Below, piece by piece: positions 1-7,856 of a stretch of DNA of 64,000 bases. The stretch spans positions 221,207 through 285,206 of the forward strand of contig NZ_JAPNKD010000014.1 of NCBI RefSeq assembly GCF_026626585.1. The letters are read 5' to 3'. The notes below the pieces were generated by a model. The model made no database searches. It was given only the letters and a program-made list of their open reading frames with translations, and had not been told where the DNA came from. Every line of letters begins with the position of its first letter. The stretch's first letter is position 1. The translations under genes were made by a program, and so were the position numbers. Origin of the DNA: Nannocystis sp. ILAH1 (GTDB taxonomy: Bacteria > Myxococcota_A > Polyangia > Nannocystales > Nannocystaceae).

Positions 1-781
1 GCCGTGGGAGTACGTGCTCGGCGCGGCGGCCACTGCGATGCTGGTCAGCGCCCAGCCCGACGTGCTCGAGCTCGACCTCGACACCTGCGGCTACTGGACG
101 CAGGAGATCTTCGACACCTACCGCCCGACCTCGACGAAGGAGGTCGGCCACGCCGACACCAGCCTGTACGGCTACCTCGACGCGCTCGAGGGCGCCTACG
201 ACCACTTCGTCGCCCGCTCGGGCATGGTCGACTACGACGCCGAGTTCGCGCGCCACATCTACCACGTGCCGTTCGGCGGCATGACCTTCAGGGCCCACCG
301 GGCGCTGCTGCGCCGCGGTCCGCACGAGATGTCGCTGCGTGAGGCCAAGGCGCACTTCGAGCGCAAGTCGAAGCAGGCGCTGCGCTACAACTCGCGCTTC
401 GGCGGCACCTATACCTCGGCGACCTTCATCGCCATGCTCGGCCTCATCGACGCCGACCCCGAGCTGCGCGCGGGCGACAAGGTCTCGATCTTCTCCTACG
501 GCTCGGGCTCCTGCGCCGAGTTCTACCGCGCGACCGTCGGCGAGCGCGCGCGCGAGCAGGTCGCGAGCCAGCGCGTCGGCGCCGGCCTCGATCGCCGCAT
601 GCCGCTGACCATCGAGGAGTACGAGGCGCTCGAGCGCCAGCGCGCCGCCTTCATCGACCAGAGCGACTACGAGGTCGACCAGTCGGGCCTGCGCGGGCTC
701 TACGAGCGCGCCTACGCCGGCAAGGGCCGCCTCGTGCTCGACGCGGTGCGCGGCTTCCAGCGGGAGTACCGCCTGTCCTGA
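1..781 (+). CDS. HMG-CoA synthase-like beta-branching enzyme (HMGS/PksG/TaC family), 5' end truncated by window edge
   Basis: 255-aa C-terminal fragment in frame from position 2; HMGS-like C-terminal region including FSYGSGSCAEFY; immediately followed by two ECH genes and an ACP (classic HCS cassette order). Confidence 0.75.
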   Translation, partial: PWEYVLGAAATAMLVSAQPDVLELDLDTCGYWTQEIFDTYRPTSTKEVGHADTSLYGYLDALEGAYDHFVARSGMVDYDAEFARHIYHVPFGGMTFRAHRALLRRGPHEMSLREAKAHFERKSKQALRYNSRFGGTYTSATFIAMLGLIDADPELRAGDKVSIFSYGSGSCAEFYRATVGERAREQVASQRVGAGLDRRMPLTIEEYEALERQRAAFIDQSDYEVDQSGLRGLYERAYAGKGRLVLDAVRGFQREYRLS

Positions 782-889
782 GGCTCCGACCATGCCGCGC
801 ATGTCCCTCGCCACGCCGGCCGCGCCGCCTCTCGGCGTCGTGCGGCCCGGCCGCTCGTCCCCTCGTTTCTGCACTTCGGAGGTGATCGC

Positions 890-1645
890 GTGCGCGTCCG
901 CTGCGAAGAGGGCGAGCTGATCCATCGGCTGTTCCTCGGGGCAGGTCCCGGAGGACATGTCGCATTGGACACCGACGGGATCGCCGCGCTGGCCGACGCG
1001 GTCGAGCAGGCGGTCGCCGGCCCGGCGCGCGCGCTGGTGATCGCCAGCGAGGGCCCCGAGTTCTGCGCCGGCATGGACCTGGCGGCGGCGCTGCGGACCC
1101 CGTCGGCGCAGATGCGCGAGGCGATGCAGCGCTTCGCCGGCTGCCTCGAGCTGCTGGCGAGCGCGAAGCTGGCGACCCTCGCGGTGGTCACCGGCGCGGC
1201 CAGCGGCGGCGGGGTCGGCCTGGCGGCCGCGTGCGACCTGGTGGTGGCGGCGCCGACCGCCACGTTCGCGCTGCCGGAGCTGCGCTACGGGCTGGTGCCG
1301 GCGGTGATCTTCCCGGCGCTCGAGGCCCGGATCGGCGCGCGGCGGACCCGGCGGCTGGCGCTGACCGGCGAGCTGGTGACTGCCGCCCAGGCCGAGCCGT
1401 GGGGTCTCGTGGACGTGGTCGCGGACGACCCGGACAAGGCGCTGCGCGGCCTCTTGCGCTCGTTGCTGCGCGCGCGCCCGCAGGCGGTGGCGACGCTCAA
1501 GCGGATCACCGGGCCGGCGGGGCAGGGCGGGGTGGCCCAGACCGCGGCCGACCTCGAAGACCCCGAGCTGCGGGCGGCGCTGGCGGCCCTGCTGGCCGAG
1601 GGGCAGGCGCCGCCGTGGTTCGCCAGGCTGAAAGGACAGGAATGA
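890..1645 (+). CDS. enoyl-CoA hydratase/crotonase family, ECH1-like (dehydratase of HCS cassette)
   Basis: GTG start 8 nt after GGAGG; crotonase oxyanion-hole region ALVIASEGPEFCAGMDL; stop overlaps next start (ATGA). Confidence 0.8.
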   Translation: MRVRCEEGELIHRLFLGAGPGGHVALDTDGIAALADAVEQAVAGPARALVIASEGPEFCAGMDLAAALRTPSAQMREAMQRFAGCLELLASAKLATLAVVTGAASGGGVGLAAACDLVVAAPTATFALPELRYGLVPAVIFPALEARIGARRTRRLALTGELVTAAQAEPWGLVDVVADDPDKALRGLLRSLLRARPQAVATLKRITGPAGQGGVAQTAADLEDPELRAALAALLAEGQAPPWFARLKGQE

Positions 1646-2418
1646 ACGCGCATGTCCCAACAGACAGCCTCGTCGAGGTGACGCTCGAGCGCGACGGCGT
1701 GGCAGTGCTGACCATGCGCGACGCGGCCGGTAAGAACGCGTTCAGCCGGGCGTTCGCGGCCGCGTTGACGCGCGCGCTCGAGGACCTCGGCCGGCGCGCC
1801 GACGTGCGCGTGTGCGTGGTCGCTGGCTTGCCCGAGGCGTTCTCCGCCGGCGGCGACCGCGACGTCCTGCTCGGCCTCGCCGACGGCACGATCGCCCCGT
1901 ACGACCTGCTGCTGACGCGGGCGCTGCTCGAGGTGCCGGTGCCGACGATCGCCGCGATGGCGGGGCCCGCGGTCGGCGGCGGCCTGGTGTTCGGCCTCGC
2001 CTGCGACATGGTCGTGATGGCCCGCGAGAGCCGCTACGGCGCCAACTTCATGGACCTCGGCTTCACGCCGGGGATGGGCGCGACGCGCCTCGTGCAGTTC
2101 GCGTTCGGCGAGTACGTCGGGGCCGAGATGCTGTACGGCTCGCAGTACTTCCGCGGCGAGCAGCTGGCGGGGCGCGGCCAGGTCAACGCGGTCGTGCCGC
2201 GCGTCGAGGTGCTGCCGCGGGCCCTCGACATGGCGGCGCGGATCGCCGACAAGCCGCGGGCTGCGCTGCTGTTGCTCAAACGTGCGCTGGCGTTGCCGCG
2301 CCGACGGGCCTTCGAGGAGGCGCGCACGGTCGAGTCGATGATGCACGAGGTATGCTTCGCCGACCCGGAGACGGTGGCGCGGATCCGCACGAACTACGGG
2401 CCAGGCCAGGGAGGATGA
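1642..2418 (+). CDS. enoyl-CoA hydratase/crotonase family, ECH2-like (decarboxylase of HCS cassette)
   Basis: ATG at 1642 overlaps upstream TGA; crotonase fold (AFSAGGD, GGGLVFGLACDMVVMA); the six-frame ORF 1231..2418 is an upstream extension in the same frame. Confidence 0.8.
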   Translation: MNAHVPTDSLVEVTLERDGVAVLTMRDAAGKNAFSRAFAAALTRALEDLGRRADVRVCVVAGLPEAFSAGGDRDVLLGLADGTIAPYDLLLTRALLEVPVPTIAAMAGPAVGGGLVFGLACDMVVMARESRYGANFMDLGFTPGMGATRLVQFAFGEYVGAEMLYGSQYFRGEQLAGRGQVNAVVPRVEVLPRALDMAARIADKPRAALLLLKRALALPRRRAFEEARTVESMMHEVCFADPETVARIRTNYGPGQGG

Positions 2419-2421
2419 CGC

Positions 2422-3237
2422 TTGCTCAATGACTTCAAGGACAGGGTCGTCTTGATCACGGGCGGGACGCGCGGCATCGGCCTCGCGTGCGCGCTCGCGT
2501 TCGGGCGCCAGGGTGCGCGCACGGTGCTGACGCACCGCTGGGGCTCGGCCGACGAGGACGAGCTCAAGGCCCGCTTCATCGCCGCCGGAGCCCCGGCGCC
2601 GCTGGTGATCGAGGCCGACGCGTCGCGCGAGGAGGACACCGACAAGCTGACCGCGCGGCTCAAGGAGGAGTGCGACGGCGTGTGGGCGTTCATCAGCAAC
2701 GTCTGCGTGGTCCAGCGCGGCGAAGGGCCGGAGAAGCACACCCGGCGCGCGCTGTACAAGAGCCTCGAGTACTCGAGCTGGCCGTTCGTCGGCTACCTGC
2801 AGGCGCTGCACGCCGCGTTCGGCCGCTACCCCCGCTACGCGCTGGCGATGTCGTCCGACGGGCCCGACACGCACTACCCCGGCTACGACTACGTGGCGGT
2901 GGCCAAGGCGGTGCTGGAGACGTTCGTGCGCTACATGAGCACGCACCTGTACGAGCACGGCTGCATCGTCAACGCCCTGCGCACCCGCCAGGTGATGACC
3001 GAGAGCTACGAGCAGATGTTCGCCGCCCAGCAGCGCGAGCTGGCGGGCAAGTTCCCCGAGTTCGCGTGCACCGTCGACGAGGTCGCCGACACGACCCTCG
3101 CGCTGTGCAGCGGGCTGTTCGACGCGATGGGCGGGCAGGTGCTGACGCTCGACCGCGGCGCGGCGTTCGTCGACAACGTCGCCACGCTCGGGCCGCGGCT
3201 CGTCGGCGGCAGCGACAAGGAAGGAGCTCCGGCGTGA
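2422..3237 (+). CDS. FabI-like SDR enoyl-[ACP] reductase (paralog 1)
   Basis: TTG start after GGGAGGA; Rossmann motif ITGGTRGIG; active-site Y-x6-K (YDYVAVAK) and RYMS segment resembling E. coli FabI [20 protein letters not shown]. Confidence 0.7.
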   Translation: MLNDFKDRVVLITGGTRGIGLACALAFGRQGARTVLTHRWGSADEDELKARFIAAGAPAPLVIEADASREEDTDKLTARLKEECDGVWAFISNVCVVQRGEGPEKHTRRALYKSLEYSSWPFVGYLQALHAAFGRYPRYALAMSSDGPDTHYPGYDYVAVAKAVLETFVRYMSTHLYEHGCIVNALRTRQVMTESYEQMFAAQQRELAGKFPEFACTVDEVADTTLALCSGLFDAMGGQVLTLDRGAAFVDNVATLGPRLVGGSDKEGAPA

Positions 3238-4049
3238 TCCTCCGCAACGACCTCAAGGGCAAGGCCGTCATCGTCACCGGCGGGACGGCGGGCATCGGCC
3301 TGGCGACCGGCCTGTTGTTCGGCAAGTACGGCGCACACGTGTACCTGACGCACCGCTGGGGCTCGGCCGACGAGGACGAGCTGCGGGCTCGCTTCGAAGC
3401 CGCGGGCGCGCCGGCGCCGACGATCGTCGAGGCCGACGCGTCGCAGGACGAGGACACCGAGGCGCTGATGGAGGCGGTCAAGCGCGACCACGACGCCGTG
3501 TTCGCGCTGATCAGCAACGTGTCGTTCGCCCACGTCAGCAAGTCGCACGAGGACCTCGACAAGAAGAGCTTCCTGCGCAGCCTCGGCTACAGCGCGTGGC
3601 CGTTCGTCGGCTACCTGCAGGCCATCCGCGAGACCTTCGGTCGCTGGCCGCGCTACGCGGTGGGAATGTCGTCGCGCGGGCCCGAGTACTTCCTCCCGGG
3701 CTACGACTTCGTGGCCGCGAGCAAGACCGTGATGGAGACCTTCTGTCGCTACCTCACGGCAGATCTGCTCAGTGAGGATGTTCGCATCAACATCCTGCGC
3801 GCGAACCCGGTCGAGACTGCATCGCTGGAGGCCACCTTCGGGCCCGACTTCGTGCCGTTCTGCAAGAAGTACTACTCGGAAGGCTGGTTCATCGACCCCG
3901 ACGAGGTCGCGGCCGCGGCGCTGGCCCTCTGCAGCGGCCTCATGGACGGCGTCAAGGGGCAGATTCTGCTACTGGACAGGGGCCTCGGTTTCGCCGACAA
4001 CGTCGTTCGCCTGTTTTCGGCGCGCGAGCGTCACGGGCTGAGTTTTTGA
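3234..4049 (+). CDS. FabI-like SDR enoyl-[ACP] reductase (paralog 2)
   Basis: GTG at 3234 overlapping upstream stop (GTGA); VTGGTAGIG; YDFVAASK (Y-x6-K); clearly alignable with the upstream paralog over its full length (e.g. LTHRWGSADEDEL, SWPFVGYLQA, LALCSGL shared); the six-frame ORF 2487..4049 is a frame artefact that merges into this gene. Confidence 0.7.
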   Translation: MILRNDLKGKAVIVTGGTAGIGLATGLLFGKYGAHVYLTHRWGSADEDELRARFEAAGAPAPTIVEADASQDEDTEALMEAVKRDHDAVFALISNVSFAHVSKSHEDLDKKSFLRSLGYSAWPFVGYLQAIRETFGRWPRYAVGMSSRGPEYFLPGYDFVAASKTVMETFCRYLTADLLSEDVRINILRANPVETASLEATFGPDFVPFCKKYYSEGWFIDPDEVAAAALALCSGLMDGVKGQILLLDRGLGFADNVVRLFSARERHGLSF

Positions 4050-4112
4050 CCTTCGCTTCCTGCGAGATTCGCTGCGGGCAACCTGCACCGCGCCCACCAA
4101 GGAGAACCGAGA

Positions 4113-4379
4113 ATGAGCACCCGCGATGATGTCTTGGCCGTCGTCAAGCGCCACCTCGTGGACACCGTCGAAGGGATCGATGCGGCCCAGGTCGACCCCG
4201 CCAAGTCGATGAAGGACCTCGGCGCCAACAGCCTCGACATCGTCGAGGTCGTCTCCTGCAGCATGCGCGAGCTCAAGGTGAAGGTCCCCCGCGCCGAGCT
4301 CAACAAGTTGACGAACATCGACGAGCTCGTCGACCTGCTGCACAAGACGGTGCAAGAGAAGCAGGCCGCCGCGTCCTGA
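4113..4379 (+). CDS. discrete acyl carrier protein
   Basis: 88 aa, LGANSLDIVEVV phosphopantetheine-attachment Ser motif (DSL), acidic helix-rich. Confidence 0.85.
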   Translation: MSTRDDVLAVVKRHLVDTVEGIDAAQVDPAKSMKDLGANSLDIVEVVSCSMRELKVKVPRAELNKLTNIDELVDLLHKTVQEKQAAAS

Positions 4380-4394
4380 GCGCCGTCGGCGTGT

Positions 4395-4432
4395 GTCCCC
4401 GCGGACAGGGTCCCGGGGACATGCGCGATCGG
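4395..4432 (+). terminator. GC-rich hairpin after ACP gene (GTCCCCGCGGAC-AGG-GTCCCGGGGAC), no U-tract
   Basis: inverted repeat read directly; position immediately 3' of operon. Confidence 0.3.
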
Positions 4433-4749
4433 CCAGACACATTCGCGCCCGCGCTGCGCTCGTCGCAGCCCGGGCGCGCTCGTCGTACCTGGACCTCGCG
4501 CGTCGTTCAGCCGCGTGGCTCGAGCGGAGTCGTGCGCGGCGCTGGTAGCTGGGCGAGCCACGTGACGCGCCTGGCCTTCGGGCCAGGTGCGGACTTCGGG
4601 CGGAAAACGCGCGGTCACACTTTGCCCGAGGGGGCAGGTGCGGACTTCGGGCGGGCCAGCGCTGCGGCGAGGATGCGTCTGACCTTTGGGCCAGGTACGC
4701 GGCTCGGTTGAGCCCGCGCGTCGGCACCCAGTCACACCACGCTTGCAGC

Positions 4750-5553
4750 TCAGGCGGGCGGAAGTCGGCAGACCAACGCCTCGGCGCGGCGCCAGGCCGA
4801 CACGACCAGGAGCGCCCACACGTTGAGCCCGAGCGCGACCGCGAGTGCGGCTGTCCAGAAGGACAGGTCGAGCCGGACCGCCGCGGCGGCGGTGGCGACG
4901 TAGAGCAGCGCGAGGTGAGTGTCGTGGCTCAGCGGTGCGGCCATGCGCAGGGGCGGGGCCAGCAGGGAGCGGGCAGCGCCGGGGGTGGGACGGGGGCCGG
5001 TGTGCTCCGGTCCGAGCAGCGCGGCGGCGATGTCGTGGAACACAGCGGGGCCGAGCCCGCGGGACAGCGCGGTCACCGAGGGCCGCGGCGAGGGCGGCGC
5101 TGCGTCGCTGCCACCGCCGGTCAGGTCGCGGAACCGGCGACGCAGCTCGGCGTGGAGCCCGACGTGGATCAGCGCGCTGACGAGCGCCACCGACGCGAGG
5201 GTGCAGGCCCACGGGTTGGCGGGCGCGGCTCGCAGCGTCAGCGCGACCCAGAAGGCGGCGCCGATCGCAAACTCGAGCGTGCCGGCCTCGGCCTCCGCGG
5301 CGCCGGCGACGAGGCGGCGACAACGGCTGGCGACGGTGAACGCGAACAACAGCCAGGCGGGGAAGATCCAGTCGACGCCGCTCGGCGCGGCCAGCAGCAC
5401 GGCGACGGCGCCGGTGAGGCCGACCACCAGTCCGGCGAGGGTGAGCAGCTCGACGCTCGGCGCCGGTCGCACCCGCTCGAGGACCCACGCTGCGAGCGGC
5501 CGATGGAGGTGGCGATCGAGAGTTCCCTCGGTGATCGGATCGTCGTCGGCCAT
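4750..5553 (-). CDS. hypothetical polytopic membrane protein
   Basis: several long hydrophobic helices; no recognised motif. Confidence 0.45.
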   Translation of the reverse strand: MADDDPITEGTLDRHLHRPLAAWVLERVRPAPSVELLTLAGLVVGLTGAVAVLLAAPSGVDWIFPAWLLFAFTVASRCRRLVAGAAEAEAGTLEFAIGAAFWVALTLRAAPANPWACTLASVALVSALIHVGLHAELRRRFRDLTGGGSDAAPPSPRPSVTALSRGLGPAVFHDIAAALLGPEHTGPRPTPGAARSLLAPPLRMAAPLSHDTHLALLYVATAAAAVRLDLSFWTAALAVALGLNVWALLVVSAWRRAEALVCRLPPA

Positions 5554-5616
5554 CGCCTCGGAGGGTGGGCGGGGCCTCGGGCCCTGTCAAGCGAGCCCCG
5601 GCGCTGCAGAAACCGC

Positions 5617-5844
5617 TCAGGAGCGCGGCTTGGCGTTGTCGGGGAGGACGAGCCCCTGCGTGTCGACGGTCTTCCAAAACGCGGGCCAGCGCGAGATCTC
5701 GCGCAGCGTCGGCAGCACGTCGACGGGGTTGTGCGGGTACGTGCGGCGCAGGAACAGCACCGCGGCCTCGGCTGTCGGCGCCTCGAGGAAGTGCGCCTCG
5801 CCGGGCGGGTACTCGTAGCGGAACTTCAGGAGGGGCGGGGTCAC
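5617..5844 (-). CDS. small conserved-looking hypothetical protein (75 aa)
   Basis: GTG start overlapping stop of upstream PduO gene (GTGA); sequence VTPPLLKFRYEYPPGEAHFLE... Confidence 0.4.
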   Translation of the reverse strand: MTPPLLKFRYEYPPGEAHFLEAPTAEAAVLFLRRTYPHNPVDVLPTLREISRWPAFWKTVDTQGLVLPDNAKPRS

Positions 5845-6446
5845 GGGGCGGGCTTCCGGTGGGTATCCCACAGCACCTCGGGGACGGCGAAGGCATGGGC
5901 CGCGGCGCGGGCGACGACGAAGAACCAGTCGCTCAGGCGGTTGATGTAGCGGACGGCCTCGCCGCGGACCGGCTCGACGCGGGCGAGCGCGACGACGCTG
6001 CGCTCGGCGCGGCGGCACACGGTGCGTGCGAGGTGGGCCCACGCACCGAGCGGCCCGCCGCCCGGCAGGATGAAGCTGCGCAGCGGCGGCAGGTCGGCGT
6101 TCCATGCGTCGAGCTCGAGCTCGAGGCGCGTGACGTCGGCCTCCTCGACCTTGAGCGGCGCCTTGCCTTCGGTCGCGCCGGGCGTCGCCAGCTCGGCCCC
6201 GAGGTCGAACAGCTCTTGCTGGATCCGCGCGAGCGAGGCGTCGAGCGCGGCCAGGAACTCGCGGCGCTCGCCGGGCTCGCCGATGCGGGAGAGCTCGACG
6301 CGCAGCACGCCGAGCACCGCGTTGAGCTCGTCGACCTCGCCGTAGGCGGCGACCCGCGGGGCGTCCTTGCCGACGGTGTCGCCACTGGCGAGCATCGTGT
6401 CGCCGCGGTCGCCGAACTTCGTGTAGACCTTGCTGATGTAGACCAC
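5841..6446 (-). CDS. PduO-type ATP:cob(I)alamin adenosyltransferase
   Basis: N-terminal VYTKFGDRGDT (IYTRTGDKGxT signature), ~200 aa helical bundle size. Confidence 0.75.
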   Translation of the reverse strand: MVYISKVYTKFGDRGDTMLASGDTVGKDAPRVAAYGEVDELNAVLGVLRVELSRIGEPGERREFLAALDASLARIQQELFDLGAELATPGATEGKAPLKVEEADVTRLELELDAWNADLPPLRSFILPGGGPLGAWAHLARTVCRRAERSVVALARVEPVRGEAVRYINRLSDWFFVVARAAAHAFAVPEVLWDTHRKPAP

Positions 6447-6499
6447 GGGGCTGTCCGATCGGCCAGGTTTGTTCGGCCAGGTGCTCGGGAGCAGGTGCC

Positions 6500-6537
6500 G
6501 AGGGACATGCCCGTGAGGACATGTCCCTCAGGACAGC
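6500..6537. repeat. REP-like palindromic element pair (GAGGGACATGCCC / GAGGACATGTCCCTC)
   Basis: 10-bp perfect inverted repeat GAGGGACATG...CATGTCCCTC; family member of RRRCATGYYY elements. Confidence 0.6.
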
Positions 6538-6541
6538 CGAC

Positions 6542-7471
6542 TCAGCGACCCTTCAGCGCGGCGATCAGGCGCGGCTGGAGCTCGGGGATGATGACGAACA
6601 CCCACCCGAGCTGCGCCTTGACGCCGTCGACGAGGATCGCCCAGCGGTGACGGTCGTCGAGCTCGATGACGAAGATCAGGAGGCCATTGTCGCCTTCGAT
6701 GATGAACTTGTTGATGCCCTTGGCGAGGGCATCCTCCGAGCGGGTCAGCGCGTTGTGCAGCTGCTCGGAGAGGCGGTTGAACATGGCGCACGCCTTCGGC
6801 GCCGAGTTGATGCCCGCGAGCGACATGCCCGAGGCTTTGCTGATGATGTCGACGCTGATGAGGCCGCCCATGAGGTGGTCGTCGAGCTCCTCGAGGATGG
6901 CCTTCACGACCTTGAGGTCCATGTCTGACAGCTCCTTGTCGCGCGCTGCAACGTTGGGGGCGGCCGCGTAGGCCGGCGTCGGTGTAGAGACGGGCAGCGG
7001 CGGAAGTGGCGGGACGGTGACCGGCGCAGCTCGCTGCGGCTTCTCGATCACCGGCACCGGCGGAGGGGAGGGCGGCGTCGCGGCGCGTGGCGGTGGCTCG
7101 CTTCGCGGCGGTGGCTCGCTACGCGGCGGCTCGCTGCGTGGCGGCGGCTCGTTGCGCGAAGCCTCGTCGCGCTGACGAGCTCGGTCCATCAACAACGCGA
7201 CGATCGAGGTGTGTCGTACCGTCTGCGGGCAGTTCTCGGGCAACTGCGAAGACGAGACGCTGCCCTCGCGCCAGTCGAGGATCGTGTTGACGGCGTCGTC
7301 ACCCTGGGCCGCGCCGGTCTCGGCGTGGACGAGGTTGCCGCCCTGGAAAAACATCGCGCCGACGCCATGCGGCGACTCGACGGACAGCTTGATCGACATG
7401 CGCGATGTCTGCGCAAGTTGCAGGATGTCCCAAAGTTCAAATCCACCGATCTGGGCGATCGTGGTTGCCAT
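6542..7471 (-). CDS. DUF4388 domain / Pro-rich linker / Roadblock-LC7 (MglB-like) domain protein
   Basis: N-term IAQIGGFELWDILQL (DUF4388-like), EPPPRSEPPRSEPPPR repeats, C-term roadblock-like KVVKAILEELDDHLMGGLISVD; start taken at MATTIAQ (ORF track start 7549 is an upstream extension). Confidence 0.65.
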   Translation of the reverse strand: MATTIAQIGGFELWDILQLAQTSRMSIKLSVESPHGVGAMFFQGGNLVHAETGAAQGDDAVNTILDWREGSVSSSQLPENCPQTVRHTSIVALLMDRARQRDEASRNEPPPRSEPPRSEPPPRSEPPPRAATPPSPPPVPVIEKPQRAAPVTVPPLPPLPVSTPTPAYAAAPNVAARDKELSDMDLKVVKAILEELDDHLMGGLISVDIISKASGMSLAGINSAPKACAMFNRLSEQLHNALTRSEDALAKGINKFIIEGDNGLLIFVIELDDRHRWAILVDGVKAQLGWVFVIIPELQPRLIAALKGR

Positions 7472-7856
7472 TATTCGCCTCCCCGTGGCCCACGTGGGCC
7501 GCGACCGCGATCGGAGGGGCAGCTCCCACCGATGTTGGTCTGGGTACAATACCGCGCCTGCTCATATCTTTGGGACAGGTTCTTCACGCGAGCCTGCGGC
7601 GACGCCATCTCAGCCCAGGTCCGTGGGGCCGTAACGGCGTCGCGTGTGTCCCGTCTCACTCGGATTACGAGGTTTGGCGTCCGAACTAGCATCCGCGCTC
7701 GCCGGGCAAGCCTGCGGTCAAGGCTTTTCGCCGGCCACGCTAACACCAGCTTCGGAAAAAAGCTACGTTGGAGACACCGGACACGCTGCGCGCTGAGTGC
7801 GCAGCGCCGCACCCGTCTCTCGGGACCTGGCCGCCCGGCCCTGCTCGCATCCCGCG

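Noticed and set aside
1285-2958. 557-aa minus-strand ORF antisense to the ECH/FabI genes. Other long antisense or alternative-frame ORFs of the same kind: 4031..5896, 4708..5949, 7471..9042, 11967..14408, 12535..14334, 14174..15580, 19368..20768, 29208..31508, 29495..31366, 31442..32827, 52795..54240, 53901..55502, 55671..57167, 57168..59771, 59805..61745 and 62268..63812.
   Set aside because: With ~90% GC at third codon positions stop codons are rare in every frame. These ORFs are Arg/Pro/Ala-rich low-complexity translations overlapping genes with clear homologues, so they are treated as artefacts.
2487-4049. Single 520-aa ORF spanning both FabI-like genes
   Set aside because: Its N-terminal 250 aa are an out-of-frame Arg-rich translation of the first reductase. 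The real second gene starts at GTG 3234 with a Rossmann motif.
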